Of a stretch of 51,987 nucleotides of DNA, positions 17,217-26,737 are shown piece after piece. Source of the DNA: a virus. Taxonomy: Duplodnaviria; Heunggongvirae; Uroviricota; Caudoviricetes. The translations under genes and the position numbers were made by a program. The DNA is taken from the IMG/VR virus record IMGVR_UViG_3300005323_000037, positions 1 through 51,987 of that record. One strand, written 5' to 3'. Positions within the stretch are counted from its first letter, which is position 1; each line of letters opens with the position of its first letter. Under the pieces are notes generated by a model that saw nothing but the letters and a program-made list of their open reading frames with translations, ran no database searches and was not told the origin of the DNA.

Positions 17217-18893
17217 ATGAGTCCAGCATCGCCGCGCGCATACAAGCTGCCCCATAACTCCTTTCGTCCACATCAGCACGAATCTATCCTCTGGGCAGAT
17301 GACATCAAGCTCGATCGCTTAGGCAATCCAATTCCAAAGATCACTGAGCAGTCTACTGGCTCAGGTAAATCAGATATTGCAATCGCAACATCAATCAATC
17401 GTAAACAGACTGTCGTACTAACTGAGTCGCGTAACTTGCAGACTCAATACAGCAACATCTTTACAGATGCTATTTCACTCTTTGGGCGTGCAAACTATCC
17501 CTGCGTTCATGAGCAAGCCAAGCTAGGTGCAACCGCAGAGGATTGCTTACATAGAACTAATATGCGTGACTGTTTGCGCTTTGAGACATGTCCATACGTG
17601 CGTCAAAAAGCGTCTGCATTAAGCAGTAATCGAACTATCCTCAATTATGCCTACTGGCTGACAACCTTTTCGCAGTGGAAGCCTGCTTACCTTGTTATGG
17701 ATGAGGCGCATAATCTATCTGATATTGTGCTCAACTATGTTGGCATGACAATTAGCGAGCACGAATGCAAGCGCTGGGGATTGTCGCGTATACCAGTTGT
17801 CGGTGAGCCGTCACGCGGTATGCTTGTTCAATCTGAGTACACAGTTACCGATGCTACTAAAGCAGTCAATGACTGGCTAGAGCGCAGTGTTGATAGACTT
17901 GCTATGCTTGTTAGATATGATACTCATAATGGTCAGTTGACCGAAGATGGCAAACTGGCCTATCGGCTACGCCAAAAATTAGAAAACACGCGCCGTGCAA
18001 TGGAATTATCAGTAGGCACCAATGAGACTGAGCACTGGTATATCAGATCGGGCAAGCAATACGGTTCCTTTCATGGTAAGGAGGAAATGACATTAGTATG
18101 CAAGCCGCTCACCGCGCGCTATGATTTCAAGCGACTATTTACAAAGGAGTTGCGTGCTACATTATTGATGTCAGCCACTATCGGTAACATGAAAACCTTT
18201 GCTAAAGAACTAGGCATCAAGGAGTATGATGGTAGAGTGGTACCTAATCAGTGGAAACCAGAAGAGCGACCAATATACGTACTGCCAATATCCAGTATGG
18301 GTCATAGTAAAACTACTAATGATCCTGAGTTGTTCAATGAACAAGCTAGAGTAATTGCAGAGGCAATCTTAGCACAACCGCATGAATGGTCTGGATTGAT
18401 ACTTGTAACACGTAAGGTAGAGGCTAAGCTATTAGCTGATAGATTGGCTAAGTATGGGGACCTGGCGGGCAGATTATTCATCATGCCTGGATATGATGGT
18501 GAGTATACGCCTACCGAGCAGCAAGTGAAATTGCTCGCTGAGCGCATGCAAGAAGTACCGAATACAATCTGTACCACTTGGTCATTATGGCAGGGCTTTG
18601 ATGGTGTCGATCAGAAAATTTGCATTGTAGCTAAGGTGCCATTTCCATATATTGCAGATGATTTTGAAAAGGAGCGCATGAAATATGATGGCAGCATGTT
18701 CTTGCAAAGAACCGCTTGGCAGCTAGAACAGGGATTGGGGCGCACTAGACGCGGCAATCCAAGTGATTATGATGTCAATGGACAGAAGAATGGATTCGTC
18801 GCGATTGCGGACGGAAGCTGGGTAAGAGTGAAGAAGTATTTGTCAGAGTCTACTAGGGAAGCTATTGTAGATTATCCAAGAGGGACAAACTAG
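17217..18893 (+). CDS. DinG/XPD-family Fe-S helicase
   Basis: STGSGKS, four-Cys region (GRANYPC...EDC...DC...CPY), DEAH, QGLGRTRR. Confidence 0.88.
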   Translation: MSPASPRAYKLPHNSFRPHQHESILWADDIKLDRLGNPIPKITEQSTGSGKSDIAIATSINRKQTVVLTESRNLQTQYSNIFTDAISLFGRANYPCVHEQAKLGATAEDCLHRTNMRDCLRFETCPYVRQKASALSSNRTILNYAYWLTTFSQWKPAYLVMDEAHNLSDIVLNYVGMTISEHECKRWGLSRIPVVGEPSRGMLVQSEYTVTDATKAVNDWLERSVDRLAMLVRYDTHNGQLTEDGKLAYRLRQKLENTRRAMELSVGTNETEHWYIRSGKQYGSFHGKEEMTLVCKPLTARYDFKRLFTKELRATLLMSATIGNMKTFAKELGIKEYDGRVVPNQWKPEERPIYVLPISSMGHSKTTNDPELFNEQARVIAEAILAQPHEWSGLILVTRKVEAKLLADRLAKYGDLAGRLFIMPGYDGEYTPTEQQVKLLAERMQEVPNTICTTWSLWQGFDGVDQKICIVAKVPFPYIADDFEKERMKYDGSMFLQRTAWQLEQGLGRTRRGNPSDYDVNGQKNGFVAIADGSWVRVKKYLSESTREAIVDYPRGTN

Positions 18894-19670
18894 GTGGATG
18901 AGTCTAATATAATCTACAACGAGGACTGCTTTATAACTGCGCGACGCTTAGACAATGAATCAATTGACATGATTATCACTAGCCCTCCATATGACAATTT
19001 GCGCACATACAATGGCTATCAGTTTGATTTTGATAAGCTATCTCTAGAACTATTCCGCATTATCAAGCCAGGCGGAGTAATGGTATGGATAGTAGGAGAC
19101 GCTACAATCAATGGCAGCGAAACGGGCACGAGCTTCAAGCAGGCATTGCGTTTCATGGATGTAGGATTTAGGCTACATGATACAATGATATGGAAGAAGA
19201 GTGGATTTACCGCCACTGGATCGCTAAAGGTACGCTATGCTCCAGTATTTGAATACATGTTTATTCTATCTAAGGGGGCCCCTAAATCATTTCATCCGAT
19301 CAAAGATCGCAAAACTAGGTGTGGCGGTAGTAGTAGAAATCACTGGACGATTAGGCAGCGTAATGGGCTTACTAAGCCTGTATCGAAGCGCATGGTAATT
19401 AATGAATATGGACAGCGCTATAACATATGGGATGTATCGGCACAGAAGTCGCATAAAGACAGTAGTCACCCGTCTTCGTTTCCTGAACAATTGATCTGTG
19501 ACCATATAATTAGTTGGAGTGAAGAAGGTGATTTGGTATATGATCCATTTATGGGCGGCGGCACTACTGCCATAGCTTGTATGCGCACAAGCAGAAGATA
19601 CATTGGTTCAGAAATATCGGCAGAGTATTGTGAAATTGCTAGTAAAAGAATAGCAAGGGCGGAGCGATGA
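18894..19670 (+). CDS. amino-DNA methyltransferase (N6A/N4C, beta class), orphan
   Basis: IITSPPY before DPFMGGGTT; HPSSFP. Confidence 0.92.
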   Translation: MDESNIIYNEDCFITARRLDNESIDMIITSPPYDNLRTYNGYQFDFDKLSLELFRIIKPGGVMVWIVGDATINGSETGTSFKQALRFMDVGFRLHDTMIWKKSGFTATGSLKVRYAPVFEYMFILSKGAPKSFHPIKDRKTRCGGSSRNHWTIRQRNGLTKPVSKRMVINEYGQRYNIWDVSAQKSHKDSSHPSSFPEQLICDHIISWSEEGDLVYDPFMGGGTTAIACMRTSRRYIGSEISAEYCEIASKRIARAER

Positions 19671-20092
19671 ATGATTGTATAAGTACCCTCGACACCATTG
19701 GTGATCAAATAAGAAAGATAACCGGCAATAGCAACCTCACCGATGCTGACATTGACCAGATGCTGATGATAGATAAGGCTAGGAAAAGGAATCGAAAAAG
19801 AGTAGCTAAGAATAATAGAGAGAAGGAGAAAGAAATGAGCTTACTCGCACACGATGATATAGCAATCAAGTTAAAAGGAGCGCATGATTACGACCTACTC
19901 TATATTGAAGATTTAGCAAAGCATGGCTACAGTATTGAGATAAGATCATTCCTAAAGCAATGGCATGTAATGGTTACATATAACAAATGTTCAGCTAGCG
20001 TAGTAGATGCGCATATACTTGATGGCGTACATATCGCGCTAGATTTGATAAGCAACGCAGAGATTGGAAATTATAATGAAAAAGAGGAATGA
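19667..20092 (+). CDS. hypothetical protein (possible internal start at 19835)
   Basis: ATGA coupling; AAGGAG precedes in-frame ATG 19835. Confidence 0.6.
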   Translation: MNDCISTLDTIGDQIRKITGNSNLTDADIDQMLMIDKARKRNRKRVAKNNREKEKEMSLLAHDDIAIKLKGAHDYDLLYIEDLAKHGYSIEIRSFLKQWHVMVTYNKCSASVVDAHILDGVHIALDLISNAEIGNYNEKEE

Positions 20093-20098
20093 TAGAAG

Positions 20099-20362
20099 AT
20101 GATTACTTGCGCCGCGCTTTTTATAGTAGCGATTCCGTTTATAGCTTTTGTATTATTTATAATGAACAAAGAGATCAAATATGAGCAGCAAAAGAAAAGA
20201 TGTGAGGAGCGGATGAAAAATGACGGCGCGAACGAGGGCGCTCAAGCCATGCTAGGCTATGTATTGGGCAATGGCAAGAGTTCCAAAGAATTTTGGAACG
20301 ATTATGAAAAGATATATAAGCGAGAGTGTGAAAATTATAAAGACGAGAGCGAAGATGAGTAA
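20099..20362 (+). CDS. small membrane-anchored protein
   Basis: N-terminal TM segment. Confidence 0.6.
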   Translation: MITCAALFIVAIPFIAFVLFIMNKEIKYEQQKKRCEERMKNDGANEGAQAMLGYVLGNGKSSKEFWNDYEKIYKRECENYKDESEDE

Positions 20363-20645
20363 TGCAATGCATGAGCCCACTCCACTACCCGGTCAATCAA
20401 CTGTAGCAGATAAAGTGATTGAAGATATCAATGAACGTGTCAGTATGGGCTTGAGCAAGTACGGTACTAAGCTTATGACATTCAATGGGCGCAATGCGTT
20501 AGTTGATTTGTATCAAGAGCTAATTGATGCTACAATGTATGTCAAGCAGCTACTAATGGAGGAGGAGGCTATAGATAAGAGCGCAACAGGTTACTTGATG
20601 CATCTAACTACAATGCTTGAAGAAGATAATGCAAGTAGCGAATAA
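20355..20645 (+). CDS. MazG-like all-alpha NTP pyrophosphohydrolase
   Basis: ERVSMGLSKYGTKL...NGRNALVDLYQELIDATMY. Confidence 0.6.
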   Translation: MSNAMHEPTPLPGQSTVADKVIEDINERVSMGLSKYGTKLMTFNGRNALVDLYQELIDATMYVKQLLMEEEAIDKSATGYLMHLTTMLEEDNASSE

Positions 20646-20847
20646 GGTTTATCGCGCCACTACTAAAATTGATAAGGACTTAACGAGCAAACTAAGAAAG
20701 CTGGGCTATCAAGTATATTGCATGCCGAGCTATACTACTGAGATTAGAATGTATGCTAGTAAGTCGGATGAGATAATTGAAGTGGTTGATAAAACTGTAA
20801 CAGGCTGCTTGCGGCATATAATTGCAATGATTGAGGAGGACTGGTGA
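20629..20847 (+). CDS. hypothetical protein
   Basis: Overlap-coupled small ORF. Confidence 0.55.
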   Translation: MQVANKVYRATTKIDKDLTSKLRKLGYQVYCMPSYTTEIRMYASKSDEIIEVVDKTVTGCLRHIIAMIEEDW

Positions 20848-21050
20848 CAGATAACGTATTCAATCTATTAGATGGGCTACGTTTGAGCGAGCATGTAGTT
20901 CATTGCTATCGTGATAATTGCCACTGGATAGTAGAGATAAACAAGCTGGGCTTACGCGTGTCAACTCAAGGCGTATATCTATATACTACTATCAGGGATG
21001 CTAAAGAATTACTTGATGCGTATCTATACGAGGAATACAATGACAAGTAA
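20844..21050 (+). CDS. hypothetical protein, paralog of next ORF
   Basis: GAGGAGG SD, GTG start; LYTTIRDAKELLDAYL. Confidence 0.65.
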   Translation: MTDNVFNLLDGLRLSEHVVHCYRDNCHWIVEINKLGLRVSTQGVYLYTTIRDAKELLDAYLYEEYNDK

Positions 21051-21246
21051 TGCAAAGGATTTATTGGAAGAATTATATTGGAATCACTATGAAGTTACAT
21101 GTCATGAGCGCCCAACTAACGAATGGGTAGTTAGCATGAGTATAGCTAGATGCTATATTAAAAGAACTGGTCTAGACTTATACAATACTATTATAGAAGC
21201 AAAGTCTGATCTCGATCAGTACTTGAATAAGGAACATACCGCATGA
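21040..21246 (+). CDS. hypothetical protein, paralog of previous ORF
   Basis: GAGGA SD; LYNTIIEAKSDLDQYL. Confidence 0.65.
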   Translation: MTSNAKDLLEELYWNHYEVTCHERPTNEWVVSMSIARCYIKRTGLDLYNTIIEAKSDLDQYLNKEHTA

Positions 21247-21722
21247 CTGAACACAGTGAAGAATACAATCGTATCATTGGCCTAATTGCTGAAGAAACAT
21301 TTCATCTAATCCAAGAAATGGGAGGCGATCCAAATGTAGCCCTAGACATGATAGCGGACATGGCTGTTAAGGCCGTCAGAGATGACTTTGTTGGCTTCAA
21401 TGGTGTTGCCGCCATCCGTGCTAACTGGCTTGGTATTGCGGCTATCAAGTACGCAGCCAAGGTTGCATTCGTTGATCCGCCAGAAGGTGTATCTAGAGAT
21501 GAGCTAGACGACTTCTTTGATAGCGTGCTAACCTCCACCATGTTTGTCATGCATGATGCTTCATTCAGGGATGCTACCACGCCTAAAGTAGTTCCTACTT
21601 TGACACCCGAAGAATCATATGCTAAGATTGATCAGGTCCGTGATATCAGGAGCGGCAACGACGATATCTTTGATAGCTTTATTAGTAGCTTGTGTAAAGG
21701 AGAAAGCGGCTTAGTACAATAA
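21243..21722 (+). CDS. hypothetical protein
   Basis: ATGA coupling; last gene of the rightward arm. Confidence 0.65.
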   Translation: MTEHSEEYNRIIGLIAEETFHLIQEMGGDPNVALDMIADMAVKAVRDDFVGFNGVAAIRANWLGIAAIKYAAKVAFVDPPEGVSRDELDDFFDSVLTSTMFVMHDASFRDATTPKVVPTLTPEESYAKIDQVRDIRSGNDDIFDSFISSLCKGESGLVQ

Positions 21723-21795
21723 CAATACAATATAATAGAATGGGCATCAATACGATATCTAAAGTTCGAGCATAAGCAGAAATAGTAGAAATGAA

Positions 21796-21822
21796 AAGAG
21801 ACAGTCCAGCCAACTGTCTCTT
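21796..21822 (-). terminator. intrinsic terminator at the convergence point
   Basis: AAGAGACAGT/ACTGTCTCTT 10-bp perfect stem, 7-nt loop, T-run on the minus strand. Confidence 0.8.
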
Positions 21823-21843
21823 GCTTATTTCAATCATCAATTA

Positions 21844-22044
21844 TCAGGACGTCTTCTTCTTTTCCTTCTTCCTTTGATCAGTAGTATAGAATCCAGGTCC
21901 ATGATAGGTTACTGTTGGTACTGTATAGATTCTCTGCGTGTTAGCATGTCCATGCGGACACTTAGGTAGCTCGTTATCGTCAGCCTTCTTGCTTATCTCA
22001 AACCGATCACCGCAGATAGTGCACTCAAACAGGTATATAGGCAT
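21844..22044 (-). CDS. FmdB-family zinc-ribbon protein
   Basis: MPIYLFECTICG..FE...CPHG...GPGFYTTD. Confidence 0.85.
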   Translation of the reverse strand: MPIYLFECTICGDRFEISKKADDNELPKCPHGHANTQRIYTVPTVTYHGPGFYTTDQRKKEKKKTS

Positions 22045-22050
22045 AATCAA

Positions 22051-23025
22051 TCACTTCCTAGCTTTCCAGCGTTTACCCGCACCACAGTTACAGGCTATTC
22101 TAGCATCACCAGTAATCTGTGAGCCGTCCCTCAGATACAATGATCCATGTGATGCCTGGCCCAGTAAGCATGTACCGCCATCGCAGAATACTGGTATGCT
22201 TTTGCTATCAATTGGCTTCCAAACATTGCCTTCCCAGTCAACGATTGCTTTGCCCTCCATATCCTTGACCCAAGAGCGCTTGACATCATAAGAGTATGTG
22301 CTTAGTCCAGTCTTCTCGACCCGCATACGATTGGTCTGAGCCAATTTATCATCACTGTCTAGCGTCTTGATTACCGTTTGCACAGAAGACAGCATAGACA
22401 CTTTAGCAGCAATGCCGCGGATCAGTTCCAAGTCTTCAGGATAGTCAACTTCCAGCCTATATGGTCGCATGTACACGTTAGGTGGTGGCTCATGATACAG
22501 CGTATTGAATTCATTCCTATGCTGATGATAGTAAGGATCGACATGCTCGCGGGTAGTAGAATTCTTGACAATGGTCTCCCAGCCACGTCTGCTATATGGA
22601 AATTCTCTGCTCCCATACACTGGCGCTATTTGTGGTGGCAAGGCCCACTGAAATGCATCGCCGCCAAATTTATCCATTGTACGGCACATGTGTTCGATCA
22701 ATTCAACCGCATTGAATGGGCAATCACATAAGCCACGCATGACATACTTGCTGTCTGGAGCATAGTAATTTAGCGCCGCATTCATTGAAGATACCACATC
22801 GCCAGCCTTGCTACGGCTAACTGGTACACCCATCGCGTGGCCAAATTTGTCCAGTATATCATCAGTTGGATCAGTAGTGATATCTAGAATGGTATTGCCG
22901 ACAGCCTGCAAGCGCCGCGTGATCCAGTAAATCATTGGCTTACCAGCCACCTCAGCCATAGCTTTACCAGGTAGACGATCGCTATTCATGCGGGCAGTGA
23001 TAATGATTGCTAAGTCTCTACGCAA
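22051..23025 (-). CDS. SpsF/PseF/KdsB-like cytidylyltransferase with C-terminal Cys-rich extension
   Basis: ARMNSDRLPGKAMAEVAGKPMI, EHVDPY, RLEVDYPEDL; tail CDGGTC...CNCG. Confidence 0.85.
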   Translation of the reverse strand: MRRDLAIIITARMNSDRLPGKAMAEVAGKPMIYWITRRLQAVGNTILDITTDPTDDILDKFGHAMGVPVSRSKAGDVVSSMNAALNYYAPDSKYVMRGLCDCPFNAVELIEHMCRTMDKFGGDAFQWALPPQIAPVYGSREFPYSRRGWETIVKNSTTREHVDPYYHQHRNEFNTLYHEPPPNVYMRPYRLEVDYPEDLELIRGIAAKVSMLSSVQTVIKTLDSDDKLAQTNRMRVEKTGLSTYSYDVKRSWVKDMEGKAIVDWEGNVWKPIDSKSIPVFCDGGTCLLGQASHGSLYLRDGSQITGDARIACNCGAGKRWKARK

Positions 23026-23194
23026 TTATCCCTCCTAGCACAATCGCTGTAATTGCTGAAATAATTAGTATAGCCATAATGAATACTTTGATCGCGAATT
23101 CCTCCCTGGTCAGTGTCTTTATATCAGTGAGCATGATGGCAATTAGAAAGTACAGTACTCCGACCGAGTAAAATACTACACTATCTATGCTCAT
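23018..23194 (-). CDS. 58-aa two-TM membrane protein (not in ORF track)
   Basis: MSIDSVVFYSVGVLYFLIAIML...FAIKVFIMAILIISAITAIVLGGIIA*; ATGA overlap with the ATP-grasp stop. Confidence 0.6.
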   Translation of the reverse strand: MSIDSVVFYSVGVLYFLIAIMLTDIKTLTREEFAIKVFIMAILIISAITAIVLGGIIA

Positions 23195-24423
23195 TGCGCT
23201 ACCTCATTCCAGATTATGTCAACATTATTCGCTATATCCATCGCGCACTCAACCGTATTACTTGCGGCCACAATTGCAATCGGGCGATCGTGATGCGAGT
23301 TAGCGCCAGTGAAGTTTATCACACCATTTGACATATCAATTACCTTGACTCGATCGCCATCGCTGCTGTCCAATACCGAGCGCACTATTTGGGCACGATA
23401 TTTTCCTGCTCGTTCTGGCCAAGCAAAGCGAATTACAGAAGCTCGATTGCTCGTATGCCATAAGTGATCTGGATTACACTTACCTTCAGTAGCAAACTCA
23501 GCGTTAGCCAGTGTGATATTTACTCCAATTGCCCATGGCGCAGCTAGTGTACCCATAAAGCCACCCGACATCCTGCCAGCAATCTCAATCACATAGATTG
23601 TTCCATCATGGATAACTAGATCGCCCTTGATTGGGCCATCGTAGATGCCTAGTGCCCTGCCCGCCCGAGTCATGGTATCAGTGATTGCGTAGCCGTATTG
23701 ATGAGCGTACTTGCTAGGCATCTCGCCACCATTCTCAATGATATTAGGTAGTAGATGCTTAGTATCGGCATAGTTGCGATCGAGGACAATGGGCATGTAA
23801 GCGTCGCCATCAATCATCATACCCTCTACTGATAGTTGTGGTCCATCAAGGTATTCTTGTAGCATCAGACGAGTATCTTTGATACAGTATTGCGATGATC
23901 TACTTGCTAAACTTTGTAGCTCGTCTGGATTACGGACCATGAATACGCCACGTGCACCACGATTATCTAGAGGCTTGATTATCATTGGATATACTAGATT
24001 GGTAGCATGAGTAATATCAACGACATCAAACGCACTGTTGGTGATTATATATTGGGGTATCGGTACATAGCTATCCAGCGCCTCTAGCATATCTGCTTTA
24101 TTGCTAACTAGCCTAGCTGCTTCCAATCCGATGCTAGGCAACTCTAGTTTGCTCGCTACATACGCTACCGTCATTGGCGCATCGCACGCTACAGCCATAA
24201 TACCATCAACGCATTCATCAGCTTGAATTAGGTAGCTAGTAAGATTGTTCAGTACCTCTTCTGGACTATAGATAGAAGCTCTTACAAAACCATCTACAAT
24301 ATCCTTAGCAGGCGAGTCTGGATTGCCATCTACCGCAATAACGCGATAGCCAGCATTCTTTAGATCAGTGATGGCTATGCGATGCTCGTGAGACGCGCCT
24401 AGAACAACAAGTGTTTTGTGCAT
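23191..24423 (-). CDS. ATP-grasp ligase
   Basis: VLGAS, AVDGNPDSPA, SNKADM, IIKPLDNRGARGV, QEYLDGPQLSVE, IEIAGRMSG. Confidence 0.88.
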   Translation of the reverse strand: MHKTLVVLGASHEHRIAITDLKNAGYRVIAVDGNPDSPAKDIVDGFVRASIYSPEEVLNNLTSYLIQADECVDGIMAVACDAPMTVAYVASKLELPSIGLEAARLVSNKADMLEALDSYVPIPQYIITNSAFDVVDITHATNLVYPMIIKPLDNRGARGVFMVRNPDELQSLASRSSQYCIKDTRLMLQEYLDGPQLSVEGMMIDGDAYMPIVLDRNYADTKHLLPNIIENGGEMPSKYAHQYGYAITDTMTRAGRALGIYDGPIKGDLVIHDGTIYVIEIAGRMSGGFMGTLAAPWAIGVNITLANAEFATEGKCNPDHLWHTSNRASVIRFAWPERAGKYRAQIVRSVLDSSDGDRVKVIDMSNGVINFTGANSHHDRPIAIVAASNTVECAMDIANNVDIIWNEVAQ

Positions 24424-24665
24424 TATTTGTTCACTATTTCACTGATTGCATATATGATAAGTGCGCCAATAAATATGATTAGAAAGATAACTGCTCCTGC
24501 TGCTACACTACAGATTAGCGGTAGAAATACTGTTAGCCATGGTATATGCGTGATATGTAGCAGATTCAGTACGACCATAGTTACGGTGGCAAAGAAGCAG
24601 AGTGAGCCGATCAAGCCGCTAAAGTCAATTACAACTCTTCTACTGGGAGTATTGTTGTCGCTCAT
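24423..24665 (-). CDS. small two-TM membrane protein
   Basis: Two hydrophobic segments. Confidence 0.7.
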   Translation of the reverse strand: MSDNNTPSRRVVIDFSGLIGSLCFFATVTMVVLNLLHITHIPWLTVFLPLICSVAAGAVIFLIIFIGALIIYAISEIVNK

Positions 24666-25270
24666 TATTGATATCCTTTCGATACGATAGTTGCGTCCTT
24701 GATTACTACATTATCAGGCAGTCGCATAATTGCTATGATTGCATCCACTGCTTCGCCAATAGTCAATGCTAAGTCTGCGTCTGGAATAATGTTTGCTGCT
24801 AGTGGATCATCTTTATACTTATCCCAGAATTTACTATCTATGCCGCCAAAGTTTAGAATAGACAGCTTGGTGCCCATTTTTCTAGCTGTCCTACCACGTA
24901 ACTCAACATACTTGAGCAGAGCAGCTTTTAGCGCAGAGTAGTCCTCCATGTATGGCGCGCCATATCTAGCTGCATTGGAGCCGATAACAATAATGTTCTT
25001 ACACCTGTATGCAATAGCTTCTTCAATAAACATGGTTGGGTAGGTATAATTAGAATGTACTAAATCATCTACTGGCGACTCGAATGGATAGCCAATGTAT
25101 ACCTCTCCAGATAAGCATATAGCATAATCGTATCTCTCGCTTGGATACCTGTCTCTACCAGTAAAAAAGATAGTTGCAGCCATATAAGAAAGTTTTATGT
25201 CTAGTACTCTAGCAATGTCGCCATTGCCACTGCCTGAGATTATTATTGTCTTACCTGCTAAATCGTTCAT
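24665..25270 (-). CDS. short-chain dehydrogenase/reductase
   Basis: KTIIISGSGNGDI Rossmann start, IGSNAA, YSALK (YxxxK), NFGGIDS; start at ATGA overlap 25270. Confidence 0.82.
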   Translation of the reverse strand: MNDLAGKTIIISGSGNGDIARVLDIKLSYMAATIFFTGRDRYPSERYDYAICLSGEVYIGYPFESPVDDLVHSNYTYPTMFIEEAIAYRCKNIIVIGSNAARYGAPYMEDYSALKAALLKYVELRGRTARKMGTKLSILNFGGIDSKFWDKYKDDPLAANIIPDADLALTIGEAVDAIIAIMRLPDNVVIKDATIVSKGYQ

Positions 25271-26412
25271 CCTAGCCAGCAATCTCTTTCTCGACATTCG
25301 CTACATGGATATGGAAACTTGCCATCTATATGGGCCTGTCTTAACTTATTCATATAGTCGCCATGCCACCAGTCATAGAATGAAGTATTCTTGATGTTAC
25401 TACCATCTGTAAGCTCGGTTCGAGCATCGTGACAGCAGCCAGTGTATGCGGAGTTTACAGTAACCGACCCTATCGACCACAAGTGCTGGCACGGCATCTC
25501 GCTTACCACTGCTGCCTTAGCTGCGTCATCTGCTTCAGATACTACCTGCTCCTTCAGCCATGGTCGCATTGAGTCTAGATTCTTAACAAACACATCATAG
25601 ACGCCTCTTTGCTTAATCCAGAAACGAATGAAGTCAACTATCTCATCGCGCGTGCTCTCATTATTGATAATCTGAATTCGGATGCGCAAATTAGACGAAG
25701 GTGATAGCGGTCTATTGTTTAGGAAGTTTAGTACGCGCCTTACTGTGCGATCAAATACTACTTGAGCATTCTCCTTCTTTGCTGATGGCCGATTCTTAGC
25801 ATATGTCTCAGCAGTTATGCCATCAATGCTAATGATCAAATCACCAGACCAGTCTTCATTGAGCAAATGTAAATTATCTACATCACCATTGGTACTCAGA
25901 TTGATCACCTTGAAGCCCGCGCGCTTGCCCCGACTAATCATATCGGCAATTGTATAGTCGCCATCGCGCCAAAGCATCGGCTCGCCTAGTTGGTATAGCG
26001 ACAGTCCGTATACTGGATACTTAGCGCACTCCTTCATTAGCTTATTATATACTTCCCACTTCATCGTGCCATGCCGATTGGTTGCGGTAATTGAGCAGAA
26101 TGTACAGCGTCGATTACAGGCCGTAGTAGGCTCGATGATAAAGTAAGATGGGAAGTCTGGTACAGTTTTGCTTGCATAATCTAAACGCGCTTGCTCAATT
26201 ACTGGTTTAGATAGTGGCCTAAGTGTACTAGCTACTAGCCTATTGATATCATCAGCGGATACATTATTGCCGCGCTCGTTGCTTTTGATGACATTGTAGC
26301 CAGCCGCGCCAAATGACACTCCTTGCTTCTCTGGCACGCCCATCATTGGCACGCCATTGATATCTAGTGGCTCGGCCCAGGTGAATGCAGTGGTTGAGTT
26401 AATTAGTTCCAT
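25267..26412 (-). CDS. radical SAM protein with SPASM/twitch domain
   Basis: CNRRCTFC; GEP; STNG; C-terminal PCQHLWS...GCCHD...PCSEC. Confidence 0.9.
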   Translation of the reverse strand: MELINSTTAFTWAEPLDINGVPMMGVPEKQGVSFGAAGYNVIKSNERGNNVSADDINRLVASTLRPLSKPVIEQARLDYASKTVPDFPSYFIIEPTTACNRRCTFCSITATNRHGTMKWEVYNKLMKECAKYPVYGLSLYQLGEPMLWRDGDYTIADMISRGKRAGFKVINLSTNGDVDNLHLLNEDWSGDLIISIDGITAETYAKNRPSAKKENAQVVFDRTVRRVLNFLNNRPLSPSSNLRIRIQIINNESTRDEIVDFIRFWIKQRGVYDVFVKNLDSMRPWLKEQVVSEADDAAKAAVVSEMPCQHLWSIGSVTVNSAYTGCCHDARTELTDGSNIKNTSFYDWWHGDYMNKLRQAHIDGKFPYPCSECRERDCWLG

Positions 26413-26737
26413 TACTTATTTCTTCTAGCATTATACCTACTAGCGCCCTCAGATTCCAGCATGGATTAGCCGCAATCCACTCATCAAAACTATACCCTGT
26501 CCACCGCCTGAACCAATTACCATCTTTGCCTAGCTTGTGCAAGTACCTTACAATCCCGCCACTGGTACATAGCGTAGTCTTATTCGGCAACTGTATGCCA
26601 TGCTCGCTAGCTAGCTTTTTCCAATACTCATCATCAGGCCAGTCGAACCTCACATTTGAATTCAAGGCCGCGATCTTGGCCGCCCTACGGGCTAGAAGCG
26701 CTTTATCGTGCGCCTCTGGACTATTTATGCTATACAT
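26399..26737 (-). CDS. hypothetical protein
   Basis: Overlap-coupled within the glycan cluster. Confidence 0.65.
   Translation of the reverse strand: MYSINSPEAHDKALLARRAAKIAALNSNVRFDWPDDEYWKKLASEHGIQLPNKTTLCTSGGIVRYLHKLGKDGNWFRRWTGYSFDEWIAANPCWNLRALVGIMLEEISNGTN

Noticed and set aside
23191-26412. RiPP cluster (radical SAM/SPASM plus ATP-grasp)
   Set aside because: No plausible precursor peptide, and the neighbours are sugar-pathway enzymes; not fully excluded
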